Source of the DNA: a virus
Taxonomy: Duplodnaviria; Caudoviricetes
Length of the DNA stretch: 64,000 nt
Virus record (IMG/VR): IMGVR_UViG_3300005937_000001
Location: 23,425-87,424 of that record
Reading direction: 5' to 3' (one strand)
Shown here: positions 26,757 through 37,225 of the stretch, piece by piece
How positions within the stretch are numbered: the first letter of the stretch is position 1
How the letters are laid out: each line of letters opens with the position of its first letter
The notes under the pieces: generated by a model
The model's database searches: none
The model's input: the letters and a program-made list of their open reading frames with translations, nothing else
What the model was told of the DNA's origin: nothing
Made by a program: the position numbers and the translations under genes

Positions 26757-28709
26757 ATGCAAGGCGCGACCAGGGCAGCGCTCGTATTTGAAGACACCAA
26801 CATCACCAACGTCGGCATCAAGACTACGATGCACACGCGTACCATTGAAACTCGTCACGGCACCTTCACCGTTTTCGACGAGGATGAGCTGGTCGGGCTC
26901 TCGCTCGTTACCTACGGCGAGTACAGCGAGGGCGAGGTTGAGGTCTTTAGAAAGGTTCTAAGGTCTGGCGATGTGGCGATCGACGTCGGCGCCAACATCG
27001 GCGCGCTTACGGTGCCGATGGCCAAGCTGGTCGGTGAGCAGGGCAAGGTTTGGGCTTTCGAAGCCAGCGACGCCAACCTCAAGCTCCTCTACAAGAACAT
27101 CGAGCAGAATAACCTAAGCAAGGTTGAAGTTCTCCCATTTGCAGCCAGTGACAAGAGTGGCTTTCTAAAGGTCGACAAGCAATCAGCCCTGCACGCCTAT
27201 AGCCGTCGCGATATCAACGAAGGCGAGTTCGAGGTCTCATGCATGACCATTGACGAGCTGAAGCTCGCCAAGGTCAAGCTGATCAAGATCGATGTCGACG
27301 GCCACGAGCTGCAAGTGCTCAACGGTGCAGTCGAAACCATCAAGCGCTGCCGGCCGATCATCTACATCGAGAACGAGATCGCGGAGAAGCGCGAGGCCCT
27401 AGTCGCCTGGTTCATCGATCACGGCTACCGCCTGTACTGGCACCGGCCCTACCTCTTCAACATCGACAACTGGCGCGATGACAAGAAGAACATCTTCGGG
27501 GCACTGGTCTCGATCATGAACGTCTGCATCCCCGATGAAGAGGGCTACGAGGTACTGGCGCTCGAAGAGGTCAGCGACTATCGCAACGATGATCGCATGT
27601 TCGATCGCGAGTGCGAGCGCTATCTTCGCTATGTCAAGCGCGATCCTGGCGACCTGCAATCGCGCTGGATGGCAGCGCACTACACCAACCTGATGCAGCG
27701 TCGACGCGAGGCCTGGGAGCTGGTCGAGGACAATCTCGCGCGCGATCCCGAGCACGTGCCCACGCGCGCACTATCCGCGTTGATGCAGCTGCAGGATGGC
27801 AACTACGGTCGTGAAGGTTGGGCAGGCTACGAGATCAGGCACCGGCAGCCCAACCGCCATCAGTTCGGCGGCGATCGTAACTTCGGCCCGCGCATCAAGC
27901 GTTGGGACGGCGAGAAGACCGACAAGCCGCTGCTGATCTGGAGCGAGCAGGGCTTCGGCGACAACATTATGTTTGCCCGCTTCTTCAAGCACGTGCTTAA
28001 GCGCGCGCCTAACGCCATCTTGGAGTGCCGGCCCGAGCTGTACGAGCTGTTCGAGTATTCTGGCGTCGCTCCGATCGAGTGGCGCAACAATTATTCCCGC
28101 CCCCATCTCTTTCGCCTTGGCCGCACGCTGCCGCGTGTTGAGCTGCAACTCCCCCTCCCTTCCACCGCGTGGGCGCTCGGCGCCGATGACAACATGATCC
28201 GCACCGGCCCGTATCTCGACGTCGACGGGACGCTGGTCGACAACTGGCGCGGTCACGGCAACATCCGGCTCGGCCAGACGCCGGAGGGTCCGCTGCATGG
28301 TGCGCGCATCGGCCTGTGCCACAAGGGATCGGCCACCTCCGAGCGCCCCTACACCCGTGACATCCCCAAAGAGCTGCTGATGCCGCTGGTCCGAAAATTC
28401 GGACCAGTGTTTCCGCTCGACCAGGTGGGACAGTTCGAGAGCTTCGCCATGACCGCGGCGGCGATCAAGGCGCTCGATCTGGTGATCACCGTCGACACCT
28501 CGATCGCGCACCTCGCCGGCGCGCTCGGCGTGCCGACCTGGCTGCTGCTGAGCTTCGATCCCGACTTCCGCTGGGGGCTCAAAGGCAATCGCACGCTCTG
28601 GTATCCGAGCGTGAAAATCTTTCGCCAGCCAAAATTCCGCGACTGGCAGAGCGTGGTCGACGAGGTGATGGCAGCGCTCGATGGCCCTCCAGACTTTTCC
28701 TCTTCCTAA
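26757..28709 (+). CDS. FkbM-family methyltransferase + TPR + GT9-like glycosyltransferase fusion
   Basis: IDVGANIG..T..MA...G..G.VWAFE and IKIDVDGHE (FkbM); W.GE......LIW.EQGFGD.IMFARF and LDLVITVDTSIAHLAGALG.PTW.LL...D.RW (GT9-like). Confidence 0.85.
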   Translation: MQGATRAALVFEDTNITNVGIKTTMHTRTIETRHGTFTVFDEDELVGLSLVTYGEYSEGEVEVFRKVLRSGDVAIDVGANIGALTVPMAKLVGEQGKVWAFEASDANLKLLYKNIEQNNLSKVEVLPFAASDKSGFLKVDKQSALHAYSRRDINEGEFEVSCMTIDELKLAKVKLIKIDVDGHELQVLNGAVETIKRCRPIIYIENEIAEKREALVAWFIDHGYRLYWHRPYLFNIDNWRDDKKNIFGALVSIMNVCIPDEEGYEVLALEEVSDYRNDDRMFDRECERYLRYVKRDPGDLQSRWMAAHYTNLMQRRREAWELVEDNLARDPEHVPTRALSALMQLQDGNYGREGWAGYEIRHRQPNRHQFGGDRNFGPRIKRWDGEKTDKPLLIWSEQGFGDNIMFARFFKHVLKRAPNAILECRPELYELFEYSGVAPIEWRNNYSRPHLFRLGRTLPRVELQLPLPSTAWALGADDNMIRTGPYLDVDGTLVDNWRGHGNIRLGQTPEGPLHGARIGLCHKGSATSERPYTRDIPKELLMPLVRKFGPVFPLDQVGQFESFAMTAAAIKALDLVITVDTSIAHLAGALGVPTWLLLSFDPDFRWGLKGNRTLWYPSVKIFRQPKFRDWQSVVDEVMAALDGPPDFSSS

Positions 28710-31700
28710 ACCACTGACAGTTGGTTCACCGGTCCTCGGGTCGGTGGCCATTTTACCGCGCCGGCTCTACACCGGCCCGCTCACCGTCGGTCGTCCCGTC
28801 ATCAAGATCGCCGATCTGTTCGGTGAGCCCGTCGATCTCACCGTCGGCAGTCCCATCATCGAGGATGCGCCGCTCTATCCGACGTTTCCCTGGTTCAACG
28901 GCCAGGTCGAAATTCTGAACGACTGGAGCCGACGCGATCCCGAAGTCTGGCCGCTTAACTGCCTGAAGTACGATCCCGAAGACGGTAGCGAGTGCAAAGA
29001 GGCGTTGTTCAGCAACTTCAACGCCAAGCTGATGCTGGAGTGCGACGGCGAAAGCTTGATCGGCCGTACCGTCCCAGGCCGCGGCGTCGCCAAGAAAATT
29101 CCGTTGATGCCGCCGCTCGCGTTCATCGATGGTCAGCTGCAGATCGAAGGGCCCCTCGGCGGCTTCGGTGAGACCGAAGACCCACTCATCGTCGAGGATG
29201 AAGTTCTCAAGCTCAAGATCGATGAACCGCTGGAGATCATCAACGGCAAGCTGACGGTCGAGCTGCCGCCTGGCCAGCCGCCCATCCTCGCAATTCGCGT
29301 TCTCACTTCGACCGGCGAGTTCATCCCCACGCCAGGCATGAGCTGCAGCATCGTCGAGATGGTCGGTGCAGGCGGCGGAGCTGCCGGCCTTTCTGGCGGC
29401 GCCGGCGGCTACAGCTGGTCGCCTGGTGGCGGCAGCGGATCGTACAGTCGATCGCTCCTCACCAAGGAGCAGATCGGCAGCTCAATTTCGATAGTCGTCG
29501 GACTTGGTGGAAATGGCGGCGGTGCTAATCAACCTGGCTCGAACGGCGGTCTTTCAAGCTTCGGCTCGTTGGTCATCGCCAATGGCGGAAAGGGCGCCAC
29601 GATATGGCAAGGTGGTCTCGGCGGTGATCCTGGCACCGGCGACTTCACCTCTGCAGGCAACGCCGGCGGTGGCTACAGCGGCATCAATGGAGCTGCAGTT
29701 GAAAATGGCTTTGGCGGCGCCAGCTTCTTCGGCGGCTCGACGCCAGGCCAGTATTGGGACGCGATACGCAACGGCTTGCCTGGTGCCAAGTATGGCGCGG
29801 GTGGAGCGGGTGCTAGTAACGCAGCGCAAACCGCAGGATTGTCAGGAGGCCGCGGCGCCGATGGCGTCATCGTGGTCACAGAGTACGCAGCTCCACGCGG
29901 CACTAAAGGCGACGTTGGGCCTGCAGGTCCGCAAGGCATACAGGGGCCGCAAGGCGTTCAAGGTCCCATCGGCAGCACCGGCCCGCAGGGGCCGCAGGGC
30001 GCCGTGGGTCTGCAGGGGCCGCAGGGGCCGATAGGCTTCACTGGAAACGCTGGCCCCGTTGGCCCCAAGGGCGACGTTGGCCCGCAAGGCGTCCAGGGTA
30101 TTCAAGGCCTCACTGGTCAGACTGGACCCCAGGGTGTCAAAGGGGACAAAGGCGTTCAGGGCGACACCGGTTCGCAAGGTCCGCAAGGTAACGTTGGGCC
30201 GCAGGGTCCGCTCGGCTTGACCGGCCCAATGGGGCCAGTCGGTGCGACGGGTCCGCAAGGTCCAATCGGCAACACTGGCCCGCAAGGCCCGCAGGGCACC
30301 GGCCTCACCATCCAAGGCACGGTGCCGACCTCAGCTAATCTGCCGACAGGGCTCACCACTGCCGACGCCGGCGACGGCTACATCACCGCTGACACCGGCC
30401 ACATGTGGGTGTGGGATGGCGACAGTTGGACCGATGCCGGCAACGTCACAGGTCCTGAAGGTCCGCAGGGTCCCGTAGGTCCGCAAGGTCCGCAAGGCAT
30501 TCAAGGCATCGAGGGCGACGTAGGTCCGCAAGGTCCGCAAGGTATCCAAGGCGTGCAGGGCCCAATCGGCAACATCGGCCCGCAAGGCGTGCAAGGTCCA
30601 ATCGGATTGACCGGCCCGCAAGGTCCAGTCGGCTCGACCGGCACCGGCGTCACGATGAAGGGTTCGGTCGCCACGTCGTTTGATCTGCCGGTCACCGCTG
30701 TTCAAGGCGACGCCTACATCGTACAGGCCGACGACAGCTTGTGGATTTACAGCGGCTCGCAATGGGTGAACGGCGGTTCGATCCAGGGCCCGCAAGGCAT
30801 CCAAGGCACGCAAGGTATCCAGGGCGTACAGGGCCCGAAAGGCGATCAGGGTGATCAAGGCATTGCGGGACCGATCGGCGACATTGGACCAGAGGGACCG
30901 ATCGGCAACACTGGCGCGCAAGGTCCGCAGGGCGTCAAGGGTGATACTGGTGACACCGGCCCGCAGGGCATCCAAGGCCCTATCGGCAACACCGGCCCGC
31001 AGGGCGTCAAGGGCGACACCGGTGACACCGGCCTGCAGGGCATCCAAGGCATTCAAGGTCCAATCGGCAACACCGGCCCGCAGGGAGAGCAGGGCGTCAA
31101 AGGTGATACTGGCGACATCGGCCCGCAGGGTATCCAAGGCGATCAAGGGCCAATCGGTGTGACGGGGCCAGAGGGTCCAATCGGCCCGCAAGGCGTGCAA
31201 GGCATTCAGGGCGTCGTCGGCCCGATCGGCTTGACGGGTCCGCAAGGCACCAACGCCTACACCGCGCTCGCTGCCGGCTTCACCGTCCCGCCGATAGGGC
31301 AAACCGTTTCCGTCATGCTCACCGATGCGAGCTGGGTCACTGTTGGTCAGATGATCTGGGTGCAGGACGCTGGCGTCGGCACCGACACCGCGGGCGCGTT
31401 CAAGGTCACTGCCAAAGTTGGTAACACCATCACGCTGCTCAACATCGATCTTGGCGGACCTGGTGGCGTACCCGACGCGCCGCTCACAGGCACCCTGTAC
31501 GCGCGCAGGAACGGCACTTGGGTTGCTATCAACAGTTTCCCCGAGGCACCGCTCGACGGTGCACAGTACGCGAGAAAGTCAGCGAGCTGGCAGATTGTCG
31601 CGACGCTGCCCGAGGCACCGCAGAACGGTCTCCCGTTCGTGCGCAAGGACGGCGCCTGGGCTGCTACGATAGTCGACGTTCCGACTGACAATAAATTTTA

Positions 31701-32079
31701 CTTCCGTAAAGACGGCGCGTGGATCGAGCAGAAGGTGCCGTTCGCATTTCCGATCGCCGGCCGACCCGTTGCGAATATGCGGATCAACGTGCCGATGGCG
31801 ATCGCGATCATCATCCCTTCTGGTCTCACTGGATCAATTGGCTACGGCGGCACTGCAGCGACAGCGTCGACGCAGTTCGTTCTCAATAAAGTCACCATGG
31901 GAGGATCGATAACGCAGCTCGGCACCGTCACCGCGCCCGCTGGCTCTAGCGGCCCATTCACGTTCGCAGGCGCAGGCGGACCACTCGCAGCGGGTGAGAT
32001 GCTGCAGATCGCAGCGCCGGCCACGCCGGACAACACGCTCGCCAATCTCGGCATAACAATCCTGGCGACGAGGGCGTGA
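28681..32079 (+). CDS. Collagen-like fibre A (Gly-rich domain, long Gly-X-Y shaft, X-type half-domain, tip domain)
   Basis: 1132 aa; GxPxxG repeats at the N-terminus, Gly-rich domain, ~450 aa of Gly-X-Y with two knobs, DAP..G..YAR..G.W repeats. Confidence 0.8.
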   Translation: MALQTFPLPKPLTVGSPVLGSVAILPRRLYTGPLTVGRPVIKIADLFGEPVDLTVGSPIIEDAPLYPTFPWFNGQVEILNDWSRRDPEVWPLNCLKYDPEDGSECKEALFSNFNAKLMLECDGESLIGRTVPGRGVAKKIPLMPPLAFIDGQLQIEGPLGGFGETEDPLIVEDEVLKLKIDEPLEIINGKLTVELPPGQPPILAIRVLTSTGEFIPTPGMSCSIVEMVGAGGGAAGLSGGAGGYSWSPGGGSGSYSRSLLTKEQIGSSISIVVGLGGNGGGANQPGSNGGLSSFGSLVIANGGKGATIWQGGLGGDPGTGDFTSAGNAGGGYSGINGAAVENGFGGASFFGGSTPGQYWDAIRNGLPGAKYGAGGAGASNAAQTAGLSGGRGADGVIVVTEYAAPRGTKGDVGPAGPQGIQGPQGVQGPIGSTGPQGPQGAVGLQGPQGPIGFTGNAGPVGPKGDVGPQGVQGIQGLTGQTGPQGVKGDKGVQGDTGSQGPQGNVGPQGPLGLTGPMGPVGATGPQGPIGNTGPQGPQGTGLTIQGTVPTSANLPTGLTTADAGDGYITADTGHMWVWDGDSWTDAGNVTGPEGPQGPVGPQGPQGIQGIEGDVGPQGPQGIQGVQGPIGNIGPQGVQGPIGLTGPQGPVGSTGTGVTMKGSVATSFDLPVTAVQGDAYIVQADDSLWIYSGSQWVNGGSIQGPQGIQGTQGIQGVQGPKGDQGDQGIAGPIGDIGPEGPIGNTGAQGPQGVKGDTGDTGPQGIQGPIGNTGPQGVKGDTGDTGLQGIQGIQGPIGNTGPQGEQGVKGDTGDIGPQGIQGDQGPIGVTGPEGPIGPQGVQGIQGVVGPIGLTGPQGTNAYTALAAGFTVPPIGQTVSVMLTDASWVTVGQMIWVQDAGVGTDTAGAFKVTAKVGNTITLLNIDLGGPGGVPDAPLTGTLYARRNGTWVAINSFPEAPLDGAQYARKSASWQIVATLPEAPQNGLPFVRKDGAWAATIVDVPTDNKFYFRKDGAWIEQKVPFAFPIAGRPVANMRINVPMAIAIIIPSGLTGSIGYGGTAATASTQFVLNKVTMGGSITQLGTVTAPAGSSGPFTFAGAGGPLAAGEMLQIAAPATPDNTLANLGITILATRA
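29899..31248 (+). repeat. Collagen Gly-X-Y coding repeat (GPQG-rich) with two globular interruptions
   Basis: Continuous GGN-NNN-NNN periodicity, e.g. ggcccgcaaggc units. Confidence 0.9.
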
Positions 32080-32894
32080 TGCCGCAAATTTTTCTCTTCA
32101 CTGATGGTACTTCTACATACGTTCGGTACTGGTCTGATCCTGGCGACTGGAATCCAGACGACAACACGGTCGAGTGTCTTGGCGCCGGCGGCAGAGGCGC
32201 GGCGCAGATAGCCGCCCCTCAGGACAACAGTTGGGCTGGCGGAGGTTCGGGTGGCGGTGCTTACGCCAAGGGCGTCAATATCAACCCAGCTTTCCCTGTT
32301 CCCTATGTCGTGCAGCCGCAGTCATTAGTCTACTCACCTTCTACCCTCTATCACACCGTCTTCGGTTCTACTGCGTACTACTTTCAAGACCCGCGTCCTG
32401 GCGTCGTGCAGGCGGAGTGTGGCTCTGCTGGAATAGGCGGCAACCCTCAAACGGCTCCTGGCGGTCAGTGGAAATACCCAACGGGATATGCTGGAGGATC
32501 AGGTGGAGGTGGTTGGGCGCAGCTCGGTGGTGCGCCTTACGGCGGTGGTGGCGGCGGTGCAGCTGGACCGCACGGCGCCGGTGGCAATGGCACGGCCGCC
32601 AATGCCAGCACGCTTGGTACGCCTGGCTACGGTGACGCTGGCTACACTGCCGCACCTGGGCAAGGCGGAGCTGGCGTCAACGGCACGCAGTGGGGTTCAT
32701 GTGGCTGCGGCTCTGCCACCTGGGGCGGCTGGCCGGAGTACGGGCCGCAGAACGGCGGCAACTACGGCGCCGGCGCCGGTGGTGCGACTGGCATGCTCAC
32801 TGGTGCTCGATACCAAGCGGCCGGCAGTCCTGGCCTCATCGTCATCACCTATACGCCGCGCGTGTCGAACGAAATCGTGATGGTCATAGTCTGA
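32079..32894 (+). CDS. Gly-rich fibre tip partner B
   Basis: TGATG coupled; W..P.DWNP.DNTVE..GAG..G and GGGGAAGP.G.G motifs; paralog of 35268..36107. Confidence 0.7.
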   Translation: MPQIFLFTDGTSTYVRYWSDPGDWNPDDNTVECLGAGGRGAAQIAAPQDNSWAGGGSGGGAYAKGVNINPAFPVPYVVQPQSLVYSPSTLYHTVFGSTAYYFQDPRPGVVQAECGSAGIGGNPQTAPGGQWKYPTGYAGGSGGGGWAQLGGAPYGGGGGGAAGPHGAGGNGTAANASTLGTPGYGDAGYTAAPGQGGAGVNGTQWGSCGCGSATWGGWPEYGPQNGGNYGAGAGGATGMLTGARYQAAGSPGLIVITYTPRVSNEIVMVIV

Positions 32895-34522
32895 TGGCGG
32901 AAATCAACCCGCTCGCAGACCCTGGCAAAAACGTAAGCAGCGGTGGCTGGGTCTCTCCGGCTGGCGAATCTGGATTACAGGGCCCGCAAGGCACGCAGGG
33001 CACGCAGGGCACGCAGGGCATTCAAGGCGTGCAAGGCGACACCGGCGCGCAGGGTCCGCAAGGCGTCAAGGGCGACACCGGCGACACCGGCCCGCAGGGT
33101 GTCAAAGGCGACACCGGCAACACTGGCGCGCAAGGTCCGCAGGGCATTCAGGGGCCCGTCGGCGCCGGTCTGCAAATTCAAGGGCACGTCGCAGACGCTG
33201 CAAGCCTGCCGACGGGACTGACAACCGCCGACGCTGGCAAGGCATGGGTCACCGACGACACCGGCCACACCTGGACGTGGAGCGGCACAGCTTGGGTCGA
33301 TGTCGGTGCGCTCGAAGGCGCGCCTGGTGCGGATGGCCCTCCTGGTCCTGCAGGGGCTGATGGGCCTGAAGGTCCTGGCTATCGCGCCACCAGCACGACG
33401 TCGGACACGATCTCGCTCGGCCCGCATACCTTTACCGTTCCAGCCGGCCTCGCGTACACGCCAGGCGCCCGTGTACGCGTGGCCTCGCAGAGCGATCCCG
33501 AGCAGTGGATGGAGGGTGAGTGCACCGCTTACAGCGGCACCTCGCTCACCATCAACGTCGACGACACCAGCGCGATTGCCGATCCCGCTGGCAGTTATGT
33601 CTCCAAGGCCGGCGACACGATGACCGGCGATCTAACCGTCAATAAGAACACACCGACTTTAATTCTCAACAAGACCGCAAGCGATCAGAATGCGATGCTC
33701 TACTCGCAAGTTAATGGAAGCTCGCGCTGGGCTTTCGTTATCGGCGACAACGATCCAGAGACGGGTGGCAACGTTGGTACCAACTTTGCCATCGGCAGTT
33801 ACGCAGACAATGGTTCTTATCTACGCACGCCACTGCGGTTTGATCGAGCAACTGGACTTGGTGTTGTATCCGGCAATCCAGTTGCTGCACTCGGCATAGC
33901 GACCAAGCAGTATGTCGACACTCATCCGCTATCGACGCATACCGTGCTCAACACAGTTGGCTCGGGCACGTACACCACACCAGCAAATTGCAGACGTCTC
34001 AAAGTCAGGCTGCTCGGCGGCGGCGCGGGTGGCAGCAGCTTCAACGTAAACGGACAGTCCGGCGGCAACACCATATTCGGCCCAGCAACGGCAGGTGGAG
34101 GGCAGGGCACTGGCGGTTACTACCTCTCTGGCGCTGGCGGCGTTGTGACTGGTTGCGATTTTGCTGTCCGAGGTGCTTCAGCATCTGCCATCGCGAGCGC
34201 TAACCTATCGCAAGATCGTGGTGGTGGGACGGGCGCATCTGGTCCCTTTGGCGGTGCCGGTGCTGGGAGCTGGGCGACTACTGCAGCTGGAGCCGCTTCA
34301 GCGAATAGCGGCAGCGGTGGTGGCGGCGGTGGTTCGAACGGCAGTAGCAATCCTGGTGCAGGCGGCGCCGCCGGCGGCTACGGTGAATTGGTCATCGATA
34401 ATCCTGCTGCATCTTACTCCTATACTGTTGGTGCAGGCGGACTTGGTGCAACAGCTGGCACTAACTCAGGCGCCGGTGGTGCCGGTGGTTCAGGGGTCAT
34501 TCTTATCGAGGCAATCTTCTGA
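32894..34522 (+). CDS. Collagen-like fibre C
   Basis: ATG at 32894 (TGATG); Gly-X-Y, one knob, [13 protein letters not shown] fibre motif, Gly-rich C-terminal domain. Confidence 0.8.
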   Translation: MAEINPLADPGKNVSSGGWVSPAGESGLQGPQGTQGTQGTQGIQGVQGDTGAQGPQGVKGDTGDTGPQGVKGDTGNTGAQGPQGIQGPVGAGLQIQGHVADAASLPTGLTTADAGKAWVTDDTGHTWTWSGTAWVDVGALEGAPGADGPPGPAGADGPEGPGYRATSTTSDTISLGPHTFTVPAGLAYTPGARVRVASQSDPEQWMEGECTAYSGTSLTINVDDTSAIADPAGSYVSKAGDTMTGDLTVNKNTPTLILNKTASDQNAMLYSQVNGSSRWAFVIGDNDPETGGNVGTNFAIGSYADNGSYLRTPLRFDRATGLGVVSGNPVAALGIATKQYVDTHPLSTHTVLNTVGSGTYTTPANCRRLKVRLLGGGAGGSSFNVNGQSGGNTIFGPATAGGGQGTGGYYLSGAGGVVTGCDFAVRGASASAIASANLSQDRGGGTGASGPFGGAGAGSWATTAAGAASANSGSGGGGGGSNGSSNPGAGGAAGGYGELVIDNPAASYSYTVGAGGLGATAGTNSGAGGAGGSGVILIEAIF

Positions 34523-35268
34523 TGACGTTCACAGACTGGAGCGTAAATATCGCAGGATTGCGCGGGCGTGGCGCTGGACCAACTGGACCCAAAGGTGACA
34601 CCGGCGCGCAAGGATCACAAGGCGCGCAAGGAATAAGTGGACCGCAAGGCTCCAACGCGTACACCACGACGACCGCGCCCTTCACTGTTCCGCCTGTTGG
34701 TCAGACTGTCAGCGTTACGCTCGCCGATGCGAGCTGGATCACCATCGGCCAGATCGTGTGGGTGCAGACCGCGGGCGGTTCGGGCAACGCCGGCGCGCTG
34801 CGCGTCACCGCTAAGGCCGGCAACACCGTCACGCTGCTCAACCAAGAAGGTGGACCCGCGGGCATTCCTGATGCTGTCGATAGCAAGACGTACGTGAGAA
34901 GATACGGCGCGTGGGTCGAGCTGACGATCCCCGTTGTATTCCCATTCGCAGGCAAACCTCTCGCCAGTGCCAAGGTCGTTGTACCAATGGCGATTGGACT
35001 AATTATTCCTGCAAATCTTACGGGCTCGACGGGCTACACCACCGTCAACTCAACAGGTTCTCCAGTGTTCACAGTCAATAAATTGGCTACCGACGGCACC
35101 GCGACTACAATTGGATCGATCACGTTTTCGGCGGGAGTACGTGCCGCCGCAGCTGCCGGTGCAGGTGGCTCGCTCGCTATCGGCGAAGCACTTCAGCTTG
35201 TTGCGCCGGCGTCGCCAGACGCGACACTTGCTGATCTTGGCATTTCTATTCTTGCAGCGAGGGCGTGA
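34522..35268 (+). CDS. Short fibre D (paralog of the C-terminal part of fibre A)
   Basis: Begins MTFTDW; short collagen; shares FTVPPVGQTV...TLLN and ...TLADLGISILAARA with A. Confidence 0.75.
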   Translation: MTFTDWSVNIAGLRGRGAGPTGPKGDTGAQGSQGAQGISGPQGSNAYTTTTAPFTVPPVGQTVSVTLADASWITIGQIVWVQTAGGSGNAGALRVTAKAGNTVTLLNQEGGPAGIPDAVDSKTYVRRYGAWVELTIPVVFPFAGKPLASAKVVVPMAIGLIIPANLTGSTGYTTVNSTGSPVFTVNKLATDGTATTIGSITFSAGVRAAAAAGAGGSLAIGEALQLVAPASPDATLADLGISILAARA

Positions 35269-36107
35269 TGCCACGCGCATATCTCACTACGCCTGGCAAT
35301 AACGCTGTTCAGTACTGGCCCCGCCCCGACGATTGGAACCCAAACGACAACACAGTCGAGGTGATTGGCGCAGGATTTCTAGGTGGCATTCAGGGTTTCG
35401 CACCGCGAATGGCACCGCACGAAGCGGGCGCGCCAGCTCCACGGGCAATCACCTACGGTGGAGGCGGTGGCGGCGGAGGTGCTTACGCCAAGGGCGTTAA
35501 TCTCGATCCAACGTTTCCTGTGCCTTGTATCATCGCCTCAGGAAGCTCTTATGGATCGGCTGGATATCATTCTGGCTTCAACATCACGACCCCTACTCCG
35601 ACGTACGCTCCTGGCATGGTCGTGGCGCGCAATGGCGACCCTGCTGGATCGTATTCTGGCCTCGGTGGTCAAGGCGGCCCCGCTTTTTATCCAACCGGTT
35701 TCAAGGGTGGCAACGGCGGCAACGCACCAAATCAAAGTGATGGCAAGGGTGCAGGTGGCGGCGGTGCTGGCGGTCCTAATGGTGCAGGCAGCAACGGCGG
35801 CAACTCAACATCTGCTGCTGGAGGGACTGGCGGAGCCGCTGATGGCGGGACTGTTGCAGGTAGCGCAGCAAGAGAAGACGGCCGCAGCGGGCAAGAGTGG
35901 GATATGTCGCATGGTTGCGGCGCAGGTGGCGGTGGGCTCACCGGCGGCGTTCCTGTTCAAGGACTCACTGGTCTGGGCGGTAAGTATGGTGGTGGCGGTG
36001 GAGGTTCTACGAGTGGCACAAACCAACCTGGCTCTGGCGGCGACGCTCTCATCATTATCACCTGGACATCGCTACCTCCTGTTCCGCGAGCGCTCATCCT
36101 GACCTAA
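35268..36107 (+). CDS. Gly-rich fibre tip partner E
   Basis: Paralog of B (YW..P.DWNP.DNTVEV.GAG; GGAYAKGVN..P.FPVP). Confidence 0.7.
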   Translation: MPRAYLTTPGNNAVQYWPRPDDWNPNDNTVEVIGAGFLGGIQGFAPRMAPHEAGAPAPRAITYGGGGGGGGAYAKGVNLDPTFPVPCIIASGSSYGSAGYHSGFNITTPTPTYAPGMVVARNGDPAGSYSGLGGQGGPAFYPTGFKGGNGGNAPNQSDGKGAGGGGAGGPNGAGSNGGNSTSAAGGTGGAADGGTVAGSAAREDGRSGQEWDMSHGCGAGGGGLTGGVPVQGLTGLGGKYGGGGGGSTSGTNQPGSGGDALIIITWTSLPPVPRALILT

Positions 36108-36109
36108 CC

Positions 36110-37225
36110 ATGTCTCTTCCTGGTCAAGCAGTCAGCACTGGTGCAGAAGTCTCTCCCGCGGGCGACGGCGGCCTGCAGGGTGTGCAAGGCGTGCAAGGAC
36201 CAGTTGGGCCCGCAAGCACGGTGCCAGGCCCACAGGGCATTCAGGGAATACAAGGCGTGCCTGGCCCTGGTTACGCATCGACGAGCCCGACCTCGAATGC
36301 CATCGGCACCGGCTTAAAAACTTTCACCACTCAGCTCGGGCTTGCATACACCGCGGGCGCGCGTGCGCGCATCTCCTCACGCGGCACGCCGACGAAGTGG
36401 ATGGAAGGCATCGTCAACGCCTACGATCCAGCAAGCGGCGTGCTGCAGCTCAACGTCGACATGACCAGCGACACTGCCGCAGCTGCAGCCACTCCCACGC
36501 CGATTGTGTTTCGCAATTATCTCGGCGGGCTCGAGTTGGCGCCTGCTGCAACTACGATCACGATCGCGACCGGTTGCGCCTGCTCCGATGATGGCTCGAC
36601 GATGATGACGCTGTCAGCGGCGATCACCAAGGTGATCAACGCTGCTTGGTCTGCGGGCAATGGCAATGGTGGTCTCGACACCGGTGCGATCGCTAACAAC
36701 ACCTGGTACAACGTCTTTTTGATCGGCAACGTGAGCAGCGGCGCAGTCGACGTGCTCTTCGTCGTCGGAGCATTAGGCTCAATACCGGCGCCGACTATGC
36801 CGACGGGCTACACCGTCAAACGACGCATTGGATCGTTCGCTACAGGTTCGACTGGGCAGGTCACACCGTTCACGCAACTCGGCGATGATTTTCTTTGGGT
36901 AACGACGCCCATAAACTACAGCAACGCCACGATGGTTCAGGCGCAGACCTCGTACTATCTCAGCGTTCCACCAGGCCTCAAAGTGATCGCTTTCTTCTCG
37001 ATCCACGTGAATGTGGGCACTGCCAGCTGGATGCTTGTTCAATCGCCAGACGCGACTAATGCGCCCAACGACCCTCCAGGGAATAACAACATGTACACTC
37101 TTCCCCAGAGCAACGATTTTCGCATTCGCACCAACACCAATCAGCAGATCAACATTGGGTGCGGTGCGACGAGCGGCGGCCTCTATCTCCTCACCAGAGG
37201 CTGGAACGATAGTCGGGGCAAATGA
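36110..37225 (+). CDS. Short fibre F
   Basis: Begins with a PG..VS.G..VSPAG..GLQG peptide like C; short collagen; fibre-type C-terminal domain (GGLDTG.IANNTWY.V.LI). Confidence 0.75.
   Translation: MSLPGQAVSTGAEVSPAGDGGLQGVQGVQGPVGPASTVPGPQGIQGIQGVPGPGYASTSPTSNAIGTGLKTFTTQLGLAYTAGARARISSRGTPTKWMEGIVNAYDPASGVLQLNVDMTSDTAAAAATPTPIVFRNYLGGLELAPAATTITIATGCACSDDGSTMMTLSAAITKVINAAWSAGNGNGGLDTGAIANNTWYNVFLIGNVSSGAVDVLFVVGALGSIPAPTMPTGYTVKRRIGSFATGSTGQVTPFTQLGDDFLWVTTPINYSNATMVQAQTSYYLSVPPGLKVIAFFSIHVNVGTASWMLVQSPDATNAPNDPPGNNNMYTLPQSNDFRIRTNTNQQINIGCGATSGGLYLLTRGWNDSRGK

Noticed and set aside
29899-33180. CRISPR-like or satellite repeats
   Set aside because: The periodicity is 9 nt and in frame, explained by Gly-X-Y collagen coding; there is no repeat-spacer structure.
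31443-36110. Introns, inteins or ribosomal bypassing joining the split domains into one polypeptide
   Set aside because: No group I/II intron or intein motifs and no matched take-off/landing sequences; the intervening DNA encodes intact tip proteins with coupled starts. Not fully excluded without transcript data.
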